Origin: a virus
Lineage: Duplodnaviria; Caudoviricetes
DNA: 64,000 nt
IMG/VR virus record: IMGVR_UViG_3300031993_000067
Span: 3,622 to 67,621 of that record
Strand: one strand, 5' to 3'
Below the pieces are notes generated by a model. The model did not search any database, was not told where the DNA came from, and saw only the letters and a list, made by a program, of their open reading frames with translations. The position numbers and the translations under genes are program-made. This document shows, piece by piece, positions 29,301 to 39,180 of this stretch (position 1 is the first letter of the stretch; the number at the start of each line of letters is the position of its first letter).

Positions 29301-30472
29301 GCAACTTCGCGTCGAAGATTCTGAGCGGCGATATTATCGGTGCTTTTTCCGGCCTCGTTACGACCATCGTGACCGGGTTCTTTGAGGCGAAGCGGGCTGT
29401 CGCCGAGTTTGAGCGGGAACTTCGCGCCATGAAAGAGGAGATTCGCGTTTCTGAAATCAAGGACGCTCTCAATATGGATTCTATCTTCGGCACCAATGAT
29501 GTTGGCAAGGTACGCGCCGCCGTTGCTGCCGTTGACGAAATCAGGAAGCACATCAATACTCTTGGCGCCGAGATGCCGAAGGTCTTCAAGGAGAAGCGCG
29601 ACTTCTGGGAGTGGTTCTTCAATAGCGGCCTGTCGGATGAGAGGTACAACAAATACTCATTGGAGCAGCTTGCCGAGTCCATCGGTGGCGACCTCTATGA
29701 TGCTTATGGCAACCTCAACGCCGACACGCTGCAAAAGATTCTCGACACATACAAGAATCTCGGTGCCACCGAGAGGGAGTGGATAGAACAGGCCATCCAC
29801 GATTCGGAGATGTATATGGATGCAATGAATCAAATCTACTCCGTGATGGAGTCACTGTTCGGAGACATCGCATCCCAGGCGGCTGATAAGATAGTCAATA
29901 GCTGGATCAAGGCTGGCGATGCCGCGCTCGACTATGCTGACATCCTGAACGATGTGGCCGTTGCTTATGCCAAGATGATCACCCAGTCCATGCTCATAGA
30001 CTCCGTGATGACCGAGGACTTCAAGAAACAACTCTCGTCGAAGTTCTCCGTTGGGGATACCGCCGGTGCAATGGAACTCATCATGGAGGGTATGGAAACG
30101 ATGCAGGCTCTCGCGCCGCAGATTACCGAGGCGCTTGAACCGCTCCGCCCGTACATCAATGGCGGGGGAGTTTCATCCGACACGCTCCGCGACGGAATCA
30201 ACAAGGAACTCGTGGAGGGTAATTCGTCGCTCATCGCATCCTACATCAATGCGATGCGGGCAGACCTCTCCGTAATGCGGGCGCAGGATGCCGCCGGGTG
30301 GAAGGATGTCAATGCGATAATGGTTGCTATGCCCACGCTTGGCGACCACCTCGCCAGGATTGCTGCCGCCGACGAGAATACCGCCAGGAACACCGGAGAG
30401 ATTCTGGCGAAGTTCAAGAGCATCATCACGGCATCGCCTGCCGGTGGCAGCGCGGTCCGGACTACCAAATAG
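26333..30472 (+). CDS. Tape measure protein
   Basis: 1379-aa helical protein; KQLAAF...LGDVASG...LRSFAQNGVPVLEEL tape-measure domain. Confidence 0.9.
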   Translation: MAAGTIDSLNFEVLLDDKQFDAKIKSDLANAEKFNTQLSKVLDFRGKIRDTNQHLTGTSSALRTISQLTGVAFSAVGVRRFLSSLIEITGQFEVQKMALRNMVQDIDKADKIFEDLYNFSSKSTYRFSELAKYAKQLAAFSIESNDLLDTTKRLGDVASGIGVSMDRIILAYGHVKSSGFLRGIQLRSFAQNGVPVLEELSKMLTETSGKMVTLGDVFDKMTRREITFEMVEEAFKRMTSEGGKFYKMQEVLAKTLAGQINILKGKWENLMYAMGESQEGILKGVVGALTKIVSSTESFGQAVSWAIGILGGWKVASLIAAAATDTLTASQIRLISVVGNAVSVALRPYTLFATAIAATVGAIVKAEKDVQSLESSGNKVREAAIKNNEKYITTLNAETRELDKLYERVRHAKEGTEEYTTAKLALENRFSPYINQLKAEGVEVGNLAVLYDGLATKVREANKQRFLESAQESILGAKEAEMKTIEERFNAIIGQMNKRLGGELSMSDQASIWSYMMGDLNALTGLSSEARAILNKREKGIHKNKLAYQNYTFLDQINDVREGYESLMDVYSSKMEEAVTLYQNTMSKIGDANEDGSENVYKLSSIIEGIKKFDKDIEALRRKAKSDSGLTEAEKNRLDALVESREEQAKLYKSIMGVDYDKFIKSSTREQNQAVKDRIQNLKAEIAIFEKYRDAREKLQPYFGGDTNNQLATLFGGDAASYDNIDTALQKLISDLKALGEEGTQAAEQIEVRLGTDALGLLLKRQKALKAYEDSKSRWMTEEYGFGGGDGTERDVRKIVTDLIEANNKALEKYKENAEKAREAHKGDEQAIRAEIAALNDLLFAEREYNKQQAQSAINALARGKAQELASGFDMRDWGDKSIGQVRGIWRGLSELAKNPDIQLDSKTNELLTKAGITLEKFRTKTKEELDKMTEEAKEEYHKKIGELVQEVVGDFTQVSSAIQGYAEATGNLGLAAAAEDFSFLANMVGNFASKILSGDIIGAFSGLVTTIVTGFFEAKRAVAEFERELRAMKEEIRVSEIKDALNMDSIFGTNDVGKVRAAVAAVDEIRKHINTLGAEMPKVFKEKRDFWEWFFNSGLSDERYNKYSLEQLAESIGGDLYDAYGNLNADTLQKILDTYKNLGATEREWIEQAIHDSEMYMDAMNQIYSVMESLFGDIASQAADKIVNSWIKAGDAALDYADILNDVAVAYAKMITQSMLIDSVMTEDFKKQLSSKFSVGDTAGAMELIMEGMETMQALAPQITEALEPLRPYINGGGVSSDTLRDGINKELVEGNSSLIASYINAMRADLSVMRAQDAAGWKDVNAIMVAMPTLGDHLARIAAADENTARNTGEILAKFKSIITASPAGGSAVRTTK

Positions 30473-30529
30473 TTCTTTCAAGTGAAACTATTTGTTTCAA
30501 ATTGAATAACTCAAGACTACATTCGCAAT

Positions 30530-31045
30530 ATGGCAATCTACAATCCGGCAATCCGCGACTACGCGCCTTTCTACATCCAGCGGGCAAGCGATGTCAGCGC
30601 GATAGATGTCCGTACCACCTACGGAATCATCATCAAGGATAGCGGCTACCCGATGCAGCGTAAGGTCAAACAGCCGTACAAGAATGACTGGAAGGACCGG
30701 AATGGTGACGATGAGTGGAACGCCAGCCTCCAGTACGAGGCATTCGAGTACACTTTGGAGTGCGCCCTCTTCTCAACCGCAGCGAACTCGTCCACCGCAA
30801 GGCAGGAGTTGAAGAATGCTGTGAGGACTTTCCAGAATGCCATCAAGGACGGAGAGTTCAAGATATGGTCGGAATGGAGCAAGTTCGGTTTTCAGAAAGT
30901 TCGGATTGAGGAGTTCCCGGACCCTGGTTCTTCCGGCTTCTCCGAGTTCGATGGTCACTGCCGTCTTATTTTCAAGATGGTTGTGAAGATTAACGACCCG
31001 GTGACTGAAATGAAATATTACAACGGATCAATCGTCACCGCATAA
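30530..31045 (+). CDS. Distal tail (Dit-like) protein
   Basis: 171 aa after the tape measure; YKNDWKDRNGDDEW...INDP pattern. Confidence 0.65.
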   Translation: MAIYNPAIRDYAPFYIQRASDVSAIDVRTTYGIIIKDSGYPMQRKVKQPYKNDWKDRNGDDEWNASLQYEAFEYTLECALFSTAANSSTARQELKNAVRTFQNAIKDGEFKIWSEWSKFGFQKVRIEEFPDPGSSGFSEFDGHCRLIFKMVVKINDPVTEMKYYNGSIVTA

Positions 31046-31046
31046 A

Positions 31047-34000
31047 ATGGCCCACTTTTCCATCATATCATCGCAAGGTCAGCACCCGGTACTTTTCACG
31101 GGTGCGCCTCGCTATGTCGGCGCATATCTGAAACCCGGCTATCTTGAGTTCCCGGAGATTGGTTCTCCGACCGCGATTGGCTGGCATGTGGGGGACTATG
31201 TTGTGTATTCCAGGACGGGCCGGACTTATCGGCTCTACGGAACGCCGAAAGCAACGGAGCAGTCCGATGCGAACAAGTTCGGCGCGGCGTTCCTCTACGA
31301 GAATGTGCAGTTCTTCGATGATATGAAGCAGTGGGAACTCTGCCCGTTCACCGACCTGGTGCCTGACGACAACACTGTCCATTTCTCCACGCAGGGCGTT
31401 GTTTCTTTCTTCGGGAAGCCGTTGAATGTAGCAGAGCGCTTGCAGGCTTGTCTTGAGAATCAGTACGGTGCAAATAGCTGGGAGGTCCGCATTGTGGAAA
31501 CATCTGATGCAGACATTCTGGAAATCCTCAACACAGAGGTAGAGTTCTCGGTGAGCGGCGTGAACTGCTTGCAGGTTCTCGACAAGGTGTACGAGACCTG
31601 GAACAAACTCGGCTGGGCGTACACAATCGAGAATGGGAAGAATATCCTGACCATCGGTGCGCCAAACGATCGCACGGCGGCCAACACCACGGAGGGCTAT
31701 GCCTATGATGACGGCCTTGTTGCCGTGGAGAAGTCCATCGCCAATGCTGCTGAGATTGGAACACGCCTTTTCGCCTATGGTTCGATGAAGAACATGGACG
31801 CGACTTACTATCGCGGCCTTGACATCTACCAGGCCGAGTCGGTTGACATCGAGCATCTGATGATACCGATTTCAAACTGGGGGACCACGAGCAGCAAGCC
31901 GGATGCGAGGAAAGCATACATTCAGGATGCAACGGCCATCGCAAAGATGGGCATCATACCCCGTACTGCATACTTTGACGGCACCGGCGACCTCCCGGAC
32001 ATCCACCCTACGATTGAGCGGATGACGATAGGAGAGGTATATGATGCCGGTGGCGCCGGGTATCTCCCCGACCTTAACGAGTGGTCCCGTGACCAAAGGA
32101 TTGACGAGATCATCGGCGCGACCAACCCGTCGGACGAAGGCGCTGCATCTGATATGGGCGTTCGTTTCAAGGAGTCTATATCTGACACTTTTGATGCCGT
32201 GACCGAGGTCGGCTCGGCTAACGATTTCATCGAGCCGGACATCTACACCACCACGCTCACCAAGAGTGGTCGCCTCGTGTTGAAGTTTGGCCGCAACATA
32301 CAGACGATCACCCTCAATGCTGCCTGGGATGCGAGGTTCAATGTGGCCACGATGGAGGTTGCTAATGGAAACACGGTAGAGACCATACCACTCAACATTG
32401 CGCCGGTGTCATCCTCCTCGTTCTCCTTTGTCCTCCCGGAACAGGTTGTCATCCAGAATGCTGTCGCCGGTACGCTCCGTGTCGGTCTGAATATTTTCGT
32501 CCTTGACAACGCGCCAACGGCTGAGACTGACACCGTTACCATTGCCATAGATGGTGATACAACTATTGAGGGTGGTGTCGAGTACATGCTTGACAAGACC
32601 TTCTCGGTTGTCATCCCTCAAATTGGTTTCGACATCGAAAAGTATGCTGCTCTTGGAGAGGGGAAGAAGATTTCGATGAAGACCGGTATGTGTGCTGGAC
32701 GCGACTTCGAGATCAAGGAGGTGAATTATCAGATAGCAACGGATAGTTGGCATCTGACCCTATATCGAAGCAACGACGAGGATTTGAATATCCTCTTCCC
32801 GAATACCGATTACCAGATAGCTTCCGGAGATCAGTTCGTGCTACTTGACATCGCCATGCCGGAGATGTATGTGACGGTTGCGTCCCAGCGCCTTCTTGAA
32901 GCAGCGCAGAAACTCCTTGCAGACATCTGCGAGGAGAAGCCGTTCTATGCTCCGCAGATCGACGCAAAGGCAGTTGTTGACGAGTCTCGTGTTCTCCTTG
33001 AGGGTCTTTGGATGGACATCTCTTTCAACGGCACCCAGGAGTATGCGTTAATCGACTCCATCACGATTGACGAGAACGGCTCGAACATTCCAATATACGA
33101 TGTTGCGCTTCGCCAGGAGAAGGGGCTGGATTGGACAGAGAATATCGGCTCTGCATCGTCTGGCAGGTCTTCCGTTTCCGTTTCCGGGAACGAGTCATCT
33201 GAGGTTCGCGGGACTGTTACATCCGTTGGCCTTACCGCTCCAGAGGGGTTGAATGTGTCCGGCTCTCCGGTTACGACTGCCGGAATACTTGGACTAAGCC
33301 TGGCGCCTGGGTACAAGATTCCTCGCACCGAGGAGTTGGCGCAATACTTTGAACTCGGCGGGTCCGGCGATCCGTCCGGTTTCGTCCGTCTCAAATCCGA
33401 ATACAACTTCCTCGGCCCCAGAAAGGGCTTGATTTTCGACGCGCAGACAAGCAGGATAGAGAGCAACCCGCCCGACCTCTATGTGAGGACGATAGACGGG
33501 CAGAGGGTTCTTTACTCTCCGCTCCCGTTGATTACCGAGGGGGACCAGATCGTCTTGTCCGGGACGCCCGGAGGTGGCGGCGGGAGCAACTACCTCCGCC
33601 TCCTTGAAGATGTGTACCATAACGAGAGCGGCGTAAGGCGATACGCCTCCGGCAATGTCGGAAGCACCGACCTCCTCGCGTATGATTCTACGAAGGGTTG
33701 GTATGCCGTTCAACTTGGGAGCGGACTTTCGTTGAGCAACGGCGTCCTCACGGCGTCCGGTGGCGGTGGCGGAACAAGCTACACTTCCGGTACGGTTGAG
33801 GAGTTGAACGCAGGCTCCGGCACCGTCGATCGCGTGTGGGCCCCTTCCGTCCTCGCATCCTGGCTTTCCGGCAAGGACTATGTGATGAGGACGACGGCCC
33901 AGACCATCACGGCGGCGCACACCTTCTCCAACGGCTTGAAACTGAACACGGCGTCCTCGTCGTGGACGAACTCCGACCGGGCGCTCTACTTCGGGGCGAA

Positions 34001-36929
34001 CGGGGATGATGCCAACCTCCGCTACTACAATGTCGATGCGGACAAGGGCCTGACATACAACCCGAACACCGGCGCATTGAAGGCGGGGTCTTTCGTGAAG
34101 CGCGGCGGCACATCGGCGCAGTTCCTCAAGGCGGACGGCAGCGTGGATTCCAACACCTACCTTACCACGTCATCTGCGGCGGACACTTATGTCCTGAAGG
34201 CCGGGGACACCATGACCGGCGACCTGACCATCAAGAAGTCCGGCGGCGGCGCGTTGAACATCCAGGGTTCCACGCACAACGCCGCTTCTGGCGAGATCGT
34301 CTTCAATCCGCACGGGACGCAGATACGGAACGGCGCGAAGATCTCTGCGGTCGCCGGAAGCACTTCCTACGACCTCATCGACATCGTGTTCTCGGCGTCG
34401 AACAACCGCACCTCTCCGTATTCCCCGGATTGGTACGAAACCCTCCGCATCAAATACGACAAGTCGGTCATCCTTGCCAACGCGGGCATCCTCAAGTGGA
34501 TGAACAACCCTTCGGAGGGCGACCCGACCGCGATCGACTGCATCAAGCTGACCTCCGGGAACATCTTCATCATCGGGCGCGGAGTAGCGAACAACTCCTA
34601 TGATTCCTACCTCGAAGGCAAGTCCGTCTATATCCGGACCGGCACCTCGACCTTGACCTCCCGCCTTTCGGTTTCGCAGTCGGCCATCACAATGAGCCTC
34701 GACACGATTCCCAATGTGGACAATAACTACAAGCTCGGAAATGCCAACAGGTATTGGAAGGAGTTATACACGAAGAAGGTGTACCTTGCCGATGGTATCT
34801 ACATCGAGTATGTTGACAACTCCGGCAACGGCTATGTCCATATCAACGCACCGCTCGTGACCGACGGGGACCAAATAGTGCTTTCCGGCACCCCCGGCGG
34901 CGGTGGCGGCGGCGCGTCCTTCCTCGCGGACCTCAACGATGTGACCCTCACGAACCTCGCAAATACCAACCTCCTCCAATGGAACGGCAACGCCTGGGTG
35001 AATGTCGCGGCGAGTTCCGTCGGCGTGACCACGGAAGGTACGGAGGCGAACTTGAACGCAGGGACGCCCTCGACCGATAAGATGGTGTGGGCGCCCGCCA
35101 CCCTCGCCTCATGGCTGGCCAACAAGGAATACTCCACCACGGCGAACACGGTGTCGAATGTCGCCGTCGGCGGCTCCGGGCATACAACAGAGCTTGCCAT
35201 CACGAAAGCGGGGTCAACGAGCTACATCACCGTTCCGTTCGCAACGATGACCGAGCGACCGAAGTATGTCACCCCGACGCAATCCGCAGATGCCATCGAC
35301 CTCAACACCATCCTGGCCGGAGGTGGCATCACCAGGAATGTCTGGAATCAAGGCTACTGGAATCACGCGCCGAGCGGCATCGGCTACTTCGGCGCGGCGT
35401 GGCAGATCAACGCCCATTCATCGGAGACGGGCGCGATGCAATTCGCGTGGAACGGCAACTACACCGGGACGACCCCGACGAAGAGCCTCTGGTTCCGCGT
35501 CCGCAATAGCGAGCAATGGGGCGACGACTGGCATCTCATCTACGACAGCGCCAATCTCACGAAGTCCGTCATCACCGGCTTGCTCGATGCGGGTAACGGC
35601 ACCTACCTCCCGCTCTCCGGCGGCACGATGACGGGTAGCATCAACATGACCGACGGGAAGCAGATCATGGATTCCACCGGCACTTGGGCCATGCTCGGCC
35701 TCTCGTCCACCGGCGTGTTCTATTGCGGCCCCGGCTACCAGGTGTCCTCCGCTTTCCTCATCCGGTCCGGCGATATGGACCTCAAACACAGAAGGTACAC
35801 CTCGAACACCGCGTCCGGCTACAACGAGTACACGATTTTCGACGAGGCGAACGCAAACCTCCTTTCCGTAAGCTGGTCGGCGCTCAACCTCACGGCGGCT
35901 GGCACCCTTACGGCGAGCGGCCTCGCTACCCTCAGCGGTGGCATAAGCACCACCATGGAGACGGCGAGCGGAACTATCACCGCGTTGAACTTCGCTCTTT
36001 CGGCGACCAACGCAAGCTCCAAGATCGTCTTCGCCCGCGAGGGTTACAACTACCTGCAAATCCCCGCCAACGGGCAACTCAATGTGGTCGCCAATTCCTC
36101 GTTGAGCGCGGCGAACTCCACGGCCATCTTCACGGCTACGGACATCCGGCCCGGCTCCAACGGCGGGTACAATCTCGGCTATGTCGATTCCTCGTCGGCG
36201 GACAACAACCGCCTCTGGAATGTGTACGCGCAGGAGATGATGCTTATAAAGGCCAACGGCCCCACCCTCACCTTGCGCGGAACGGGCGACAATACCGACG
36301 GCGCGACCATCCTGTTCAAGAGTTCGAGCGCCAACCACAACGGCTTCAAGATTGCGGTTGAGAAAGCGGCGTCCAGCAATAACCGTGGCCGTCTCGCGCT
36401 CAACTTCTACTCCTCGAATGTCACGACCGACCCTTACGAGCCGGATTGGAAGCGGGCCATGAGGGTTTCCTACAACGGGAATGTCCTCATTGGGGCGTCG
36501 GACTTCTCCAACACCCTCTACGCCTACGGCACGGCGGTTATCGGCTCTGCCACGGCCATCTCCGGGGCGACCCTCTCCGTCACCGGCGTGATAGCGTCCA
36601 CGGGCGACCAGGTGGTCACTTCCGACATTCGGATGAAGACCAACCTCAAACCGATTGAACTCTCCGTGGAGCAGATTGCGAAGTGCCGCGCCGTCACCTT
36701 CGACTGGACCACGGGAGGCCACTCCTTCGGCTCCGTCGCCCAGGATTGGCTCGACATTCTCCCGGAGGCCGTACACAAGGGAAACACCCTCTCGCTCGCC
36801 TACGCACAGCTCGGAACAGTCATCGGCATCACACTCGCCAATCACGAGACCGAGCAGGACACGGAGATACGGGAATTGAAAGAAAGAGTGAAATACCTCG
36901 AAGAAGAAGTGAAACGATTAAGAAGTTAG
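31047..36929 (+). CDS. Baseplate hub / tail fibre with C-terminal peptidase S74 intramolecular chaperone
   Basis: 1960 aa; N-terminal hub-like region (TRLFAYGS); fibre repeats; SDIRMKTNL...GSVAQDW...LAYAQL followed by coiled coil. Confidence 0.85.
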   Translation: MAHFSIISSQGQHPVLFTGAPRYVGAYLKPGYLEFPEIGSPTAIGWHVGDYVVYSRTGRTYRLYGTPKATEQSDANKFGAAFLYENVQFFDDMKQWELCPFTDLVPDDNTVHFSTQGVVSFFGKPLNVAERLQACLENQYGANSWEVRIVETSDADILEILNTEVEFSVSGVNCLQVLDKVYETWNKLGWAYTIENGKNILTIGAPNDRTAANTTEGYAYDDGLVAVEKSIANAAEIGTRLFAYGSMKNMDATYYRGLDIYQAESVDIEHLMIPISNWGTTSSKPDARKAYIQDATAIAKMGIIPRTAYFDGTGDLPDIHPTIERMTIGEVYDAGGAGYLPDLNEWSRDQRIDEIIGATNPSDEGAASDMGVRFKESISDTFDAVTEVGSANDFIEPDIYTTTLTKSGRLVLKFGRNIQTITLNAAWDARFNVATMEVANGNTVETIPLNIAPVSSSSFSFVLPEQVVIQNAVAGTLRVGLNIFVLDNAPTAETDTVTIAIDGDTTIEGGVEYMLDKTFSVVIPQIGFDIEKYAALGEGKKISMKTGMCAGRDFEIKEVNYQIATDSWHLTLYRSNDEDLNILFPNTDYQIASGDQFVLLDIAMPEMYVTVASQRLLEAAQKLLADICEEKPFYAPQIDAKAVVDESRVLLEGLWMDISFNGTQEYALIDSITIDENGSNIPIYDVALRQEKGLDWTENIGSASSGRSSVSVSGNESSEVRGTVTSVGLTAPEGLNVSGSPVTTAGILGLSLAPGYKIPRTEELAQYFELGGSGDPSGFVRLKSEYNFLGPRKGLIFDAQTSRIESNPPDLYVRTIDGQRVLYSPLPLITEGDQIVLSGTPGGGGGSNYLRLLEDVYHNESGVRRYASGNVGSTDLLAYDSTKGWYAVQLGSGLSLSNGVLTASGGGGGTSYTSGTVEELNAGSGTVDRVWAPSVLASWLSGKDYVMRTTAQTITAAHTFSNGLKLNTASSSWTNSDRALYFGANGDDANLRYYNVDADKGLTYNPNTGALKAGSFVKRGGTSAQFLKADGSVDSNTYLTTSSAADTYVLKAGDTMTGDLTIKKSGGGALNIQGSTHNAASGEIVFNPHGTQIRNGAKISAVAGSTSYDLIDIVFSASNNRTSPYSPDWYETLRIKYDKSVILANAGILKWMNNPSEGDPTAIDCIKLTSGNIFIIGRGVANNSYDSYLEGKSVYIRTGTSTLTSRLSVSQSAITMSLDTIPNVDNNYKLGNANRYWKELYTKKVYLADGIYIEYVDNSGNGYVHINAPLVTDGDQIVLSGTPGGGGGGASFLADLNDVTLTNLANTNLLQWNGNAWVNVAASSVGVTTEGTEANLNAGTPSTDKMVWAPATLASWLANKEYSTTANTVSNVAVGGSGHTTELAITKAGSTSYITVPFATMTERPKYVTPTQSADAIDLNTILAGGGITRNVWNQGYWNHAPSGIGYFGAAWQINAHSSETGAMQFAWNGNYTGTTPTKSLWFRVRNSEQWGDDWHLIYDSANLTKSVITGLLDAGNGTYLPLSGGTMTGSINMTDGKQIMDSTGTWAMLGLSSTGVFYCGPGYQVSSAFLIRSGDMDLKHRRYTSNTASGYNEYTIFDEANANLLSVSWSALNLTAAGTLTASGLATLSGGISTTMETASGTITALNFALSATNASSKIVFAREGYNYLQIPANGQLNVVANSSLSAANSTAIFTATDIRPGSNGGYNLGYVDSSSADNNRLWNVYAQEMMLIKANGPTLTLRGTGDNTDGATILFKSSSANHNGFKIAVEKAASSNNRGRLALNFYSSNVTTDPYEPDWKRAMRVSYNGNVLIGASDFSNTLYAYGTAVIGSATAISGATLSVTGVIASTGDQVVTSDIRMKTNLKPIELSVEQIAKCRAVTFDWTTGGHSFGSVAQDWLDILPEAVHKGNTLSLAYAQLGTVIGITLANHETEQDTEIRELKERVKYLEEEVKRLRS

Positions 36930-36932
36930 CTT

Positions 36933-38084
36933 ATGGCTTGGGACCCTACCACAAACACCCTCACGAAAGGGTTCACGAAGATAGGCGCGAATGGGAACGG
37001 CGACCTCCAGGCCGCACTCGGTCGCTCCGGCAATAACTCGCATCTGCAACTCATCTGTGACATCGACGGGAACGGAAACCGGGTGAACAAGATTAACGCG
37101 GCGTCGAGGTACAAGCCGTTCTGTTATAATACCGTCCCGTTCGCTTCCGAAGCGGCGCGTGTGGCTCGTAACTGCGGCCTCACGATGAGGGGTTATTCCG
37201 CGCTCTCAACGATGTGGTCTGCGGCACTTGCGCTCGCCCCGGATGAGTTTTGCTGGGCCTACGAGCCGCCCCGCGCATCGCAGACCTCCGAGCCGAAGCG
37301 GGCTAACGACTTCATCAACGAGGACAGCACCACGAGGGGGTATTGCTCCACCTCGAAGTTCCAATTCGGCTACCGCCTTCTCCCGAACCCGATGACCAGG
37401 TGGAATGTCCCGCCGAAGGTGCAACTTCCGAGTGATGTCATGCTCTCCGCAGACGCAATCGACCTCTCCGACTTGCAGGGCGACGGCACGAGCGGCTACA
37501 CGAGCGCCAACCATGCCTACTACAAGCTCTCCGACTTCTACTTCGCCATAGCCATCGCGGAGCGTGGCGCTTCCGGGCCTCAATGGATCATGTGCTTCGA
37601 GAGTGCGGACCTTCCGTTGACCGTGGACTATTTCAACTCCGTTACAACGACGAAAGACTACGATGTGGTCTTCTTCTTCTTCAAGCCCCAGACGGCTGGC
37701 GGAGCGATATACAACGGAGGCTCCTCCCCTTTGCCCGGGACGCACATCCTCGCGCCGCAGCCGTATGTGCAATTCCACTACGACTACTCCCTGGGCATCG
37801 ACACGACCGCCATAATGAATGCGGCCCGCGACACCATCTCGCTCACCATATCGGCTACGAGTTCGGACATCCCGTACCACCATATCTCGCTGATATGGCA
37901 GGACGGCCAGACCACGCGATCCGCATCGTTCACGAATACTGCCGGGACACTCACGCAGACACCCGCCAGTTTCTCGGCGACATACGCAAGCGGGTGGGCC
38001 ACCGGCACGACCTTCCTCATCCGCATATACACCTCCGCCTCCGCATACAAGGAGCAGACGTTGCCTGTTATGGAACAATCATAA
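36933..38084 (+). CDS. Fibre-associated structural protein
   Basis: KINAASRYKP...WAYEPPR..EPKRANDF pattern; GC-rich like the fibre C-terminus. Confidence 0.6.
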   Translation: MAWDPTTNTLTKGFTKIGANGNGDLQAALGRSGNNSHLQLICDIDGNGNRVNKINAASRYKPFCYNTVPFASEAARVARNCGLTMRGYSALSTMWSAALALAPDEFCWAYEPPRASQTSEPKRANDFINEDSTTRGYCSTSKFQFGYRLLPNPMTRWNVPPKVQLPSDVMLSADAIDLSDLQGDGTSGYTSANHAYYKLSDFYFAIAIAERGASGPQWIMCFESADLPLTVDYFNSVTTTKDYDVVFFFFKPQTAGGAIYNGGSSPLPGTHILAPQPYVQFHYDYSLGIDTTAIMNAARDTISLTISATSSDIPYHHISLIWQDGQTTRSASFTNTAGTLTQTPASFSATYASGWATGTTFLIRIYTSASAYKEQTLPVMEQS

Positions 38085-38103
38085 TCACCAACAATAAAGC
38101 ATT

Positions 38104-38325
38104 ATGAACGACGACAACAAAAAAAGAATCAGCATGTGGCTCAAGGTGGCCGCTCTGTTCATCATCGCAATCATCAACATCGTCACTTGCGCTGGCGTGT
38201 GGAACTACTGCGATGAGCCTTTCGTTTGCAACTGCGCGATTGCGCTGTTCATCATTGACCTCACCGCCGTGGTTTACCTCGGCATCAAACTCAAAGACAA
38301 AAACGAAACCAAAGAGAGCAAGTAA
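38104..38325 (+). CDS. Small two-TM protein
   Basis: Two hydrophobic helices, basic C-terminus. Confidence 0.65.
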   Translation: MNDDNKKRISMWLKVAALFIIAIINIVTCAGVWNYCDEPFVCNCAIALFIIDLTAVVYLGIKLKDKNETKESK

Positions 38326-38783
38326 TGGAACTCGAAATCAGCAAAATCATCCAACTCGTAAATTTAGGCGTACTCAACACCACCGAACATGATGTGCCGG
38401 TGGAGGATGCTTACAAGGCGTCCAAGTTCCGCCGTGCGCTCAAGAAAGCCTCCGATGAGGTGATAGAGCGCGAGAAAGCCCTTGCCAAAGAAGCTGGCAT
38501 CGAGGACTATGGGAAAGGTTCGGAAGCACCGGAGGAGGCGCGCAAGCGTTTCGCCGAACTCAAGGCCGAACTCTACAAGGATAGCATCGACCTCCCTGGC
38601 ATCAAGCCGATGTCCTACGCATCCTTCCACGCGCTTTCGAAGGAGAACCGGGATGTCCCCATCCAAGTCCCCGCTCTCGACAAGGACGGCAAGGAAACTC
38701 TTGCTACGATCAATGTCGATGTATTCCGGAATTGTGAAGAAATCCTCGAAGGCGTCCTCTGGGTCGCCCCTGCCGAGGAATAA
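38325..38783 (+). CDS. Hypothetical protein
   Basis: 152-aa ORF, translationally coupled. Confidence 0.7.
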   Translation: MELEISKIIQLVNLGVLNTTEHDVPVEDAYKASKFRRALKKASDEVIEREKALAKEAGIEDYGKGSEAPEEARKRFAELKAELYKDSIDLPGIKPMSYASFHALSKENRDVPIQVPALDKDGKETLATINVDVFRNCEEILEGVLWVAPAEE

Positions 38784-38802
38784 CCATTAAACTCAAAACA
38801 CA

Positions 38803-39081
38803 ATGCCTAACTACTCTTGCATCACGCACATCGCCGCAACAAGCTACCGTGGCGACTTCGCGTACTCCGATGGCTCCGGTCACTTCGGCGCGGACGCCAA
38901 CCTCAACCTCACTTCCATTTCCGGCACGAAAGAGGGCATCGGCTCCTTTGAAGCCTACCTCGACGACGGTGGATGGAACTACAACCCCCATTTTACCGAT
39001 TTGACAAAGGTTATGGATTTGGTCAATTTCATGACCGGAGCCATCGCTGGCGTCACCGCAGACCTTGCACTTGGGGTGTAA
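38803..39081 (+). CDS. Hypothetical protein
   Basis: 92-aa ORF. Confidence 0.65.
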   Translation: MPNYSCITHIAATSYRGDFAYSDGSGHFGADANLNLTSISGTKEGIGSFEAYLDDGGWNYNPHFTDLTKVMDLVNFMTGAIAGVTADLALGV

Positions 39082-39180
39082 AGACTAAAAAAGGAGGCGC
39101 ACCTCGCGGCGTACCCCCTATCTTCTAAAATATAAAGGCTCACGAATTTAAGAATTTACTTTCAAAAAACAAAAAAGATT

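Noticed and set aside
31047-38084. Diversity-generating retroelement or invertible tail-fibre cassette
   Set aside because: No reverse transcriptase ORF, no near-identical TR/VR pair differing at adenines, and no inverted repeats bounding alternative fibre ends. The internal repeats are diverged at synonymous positions.
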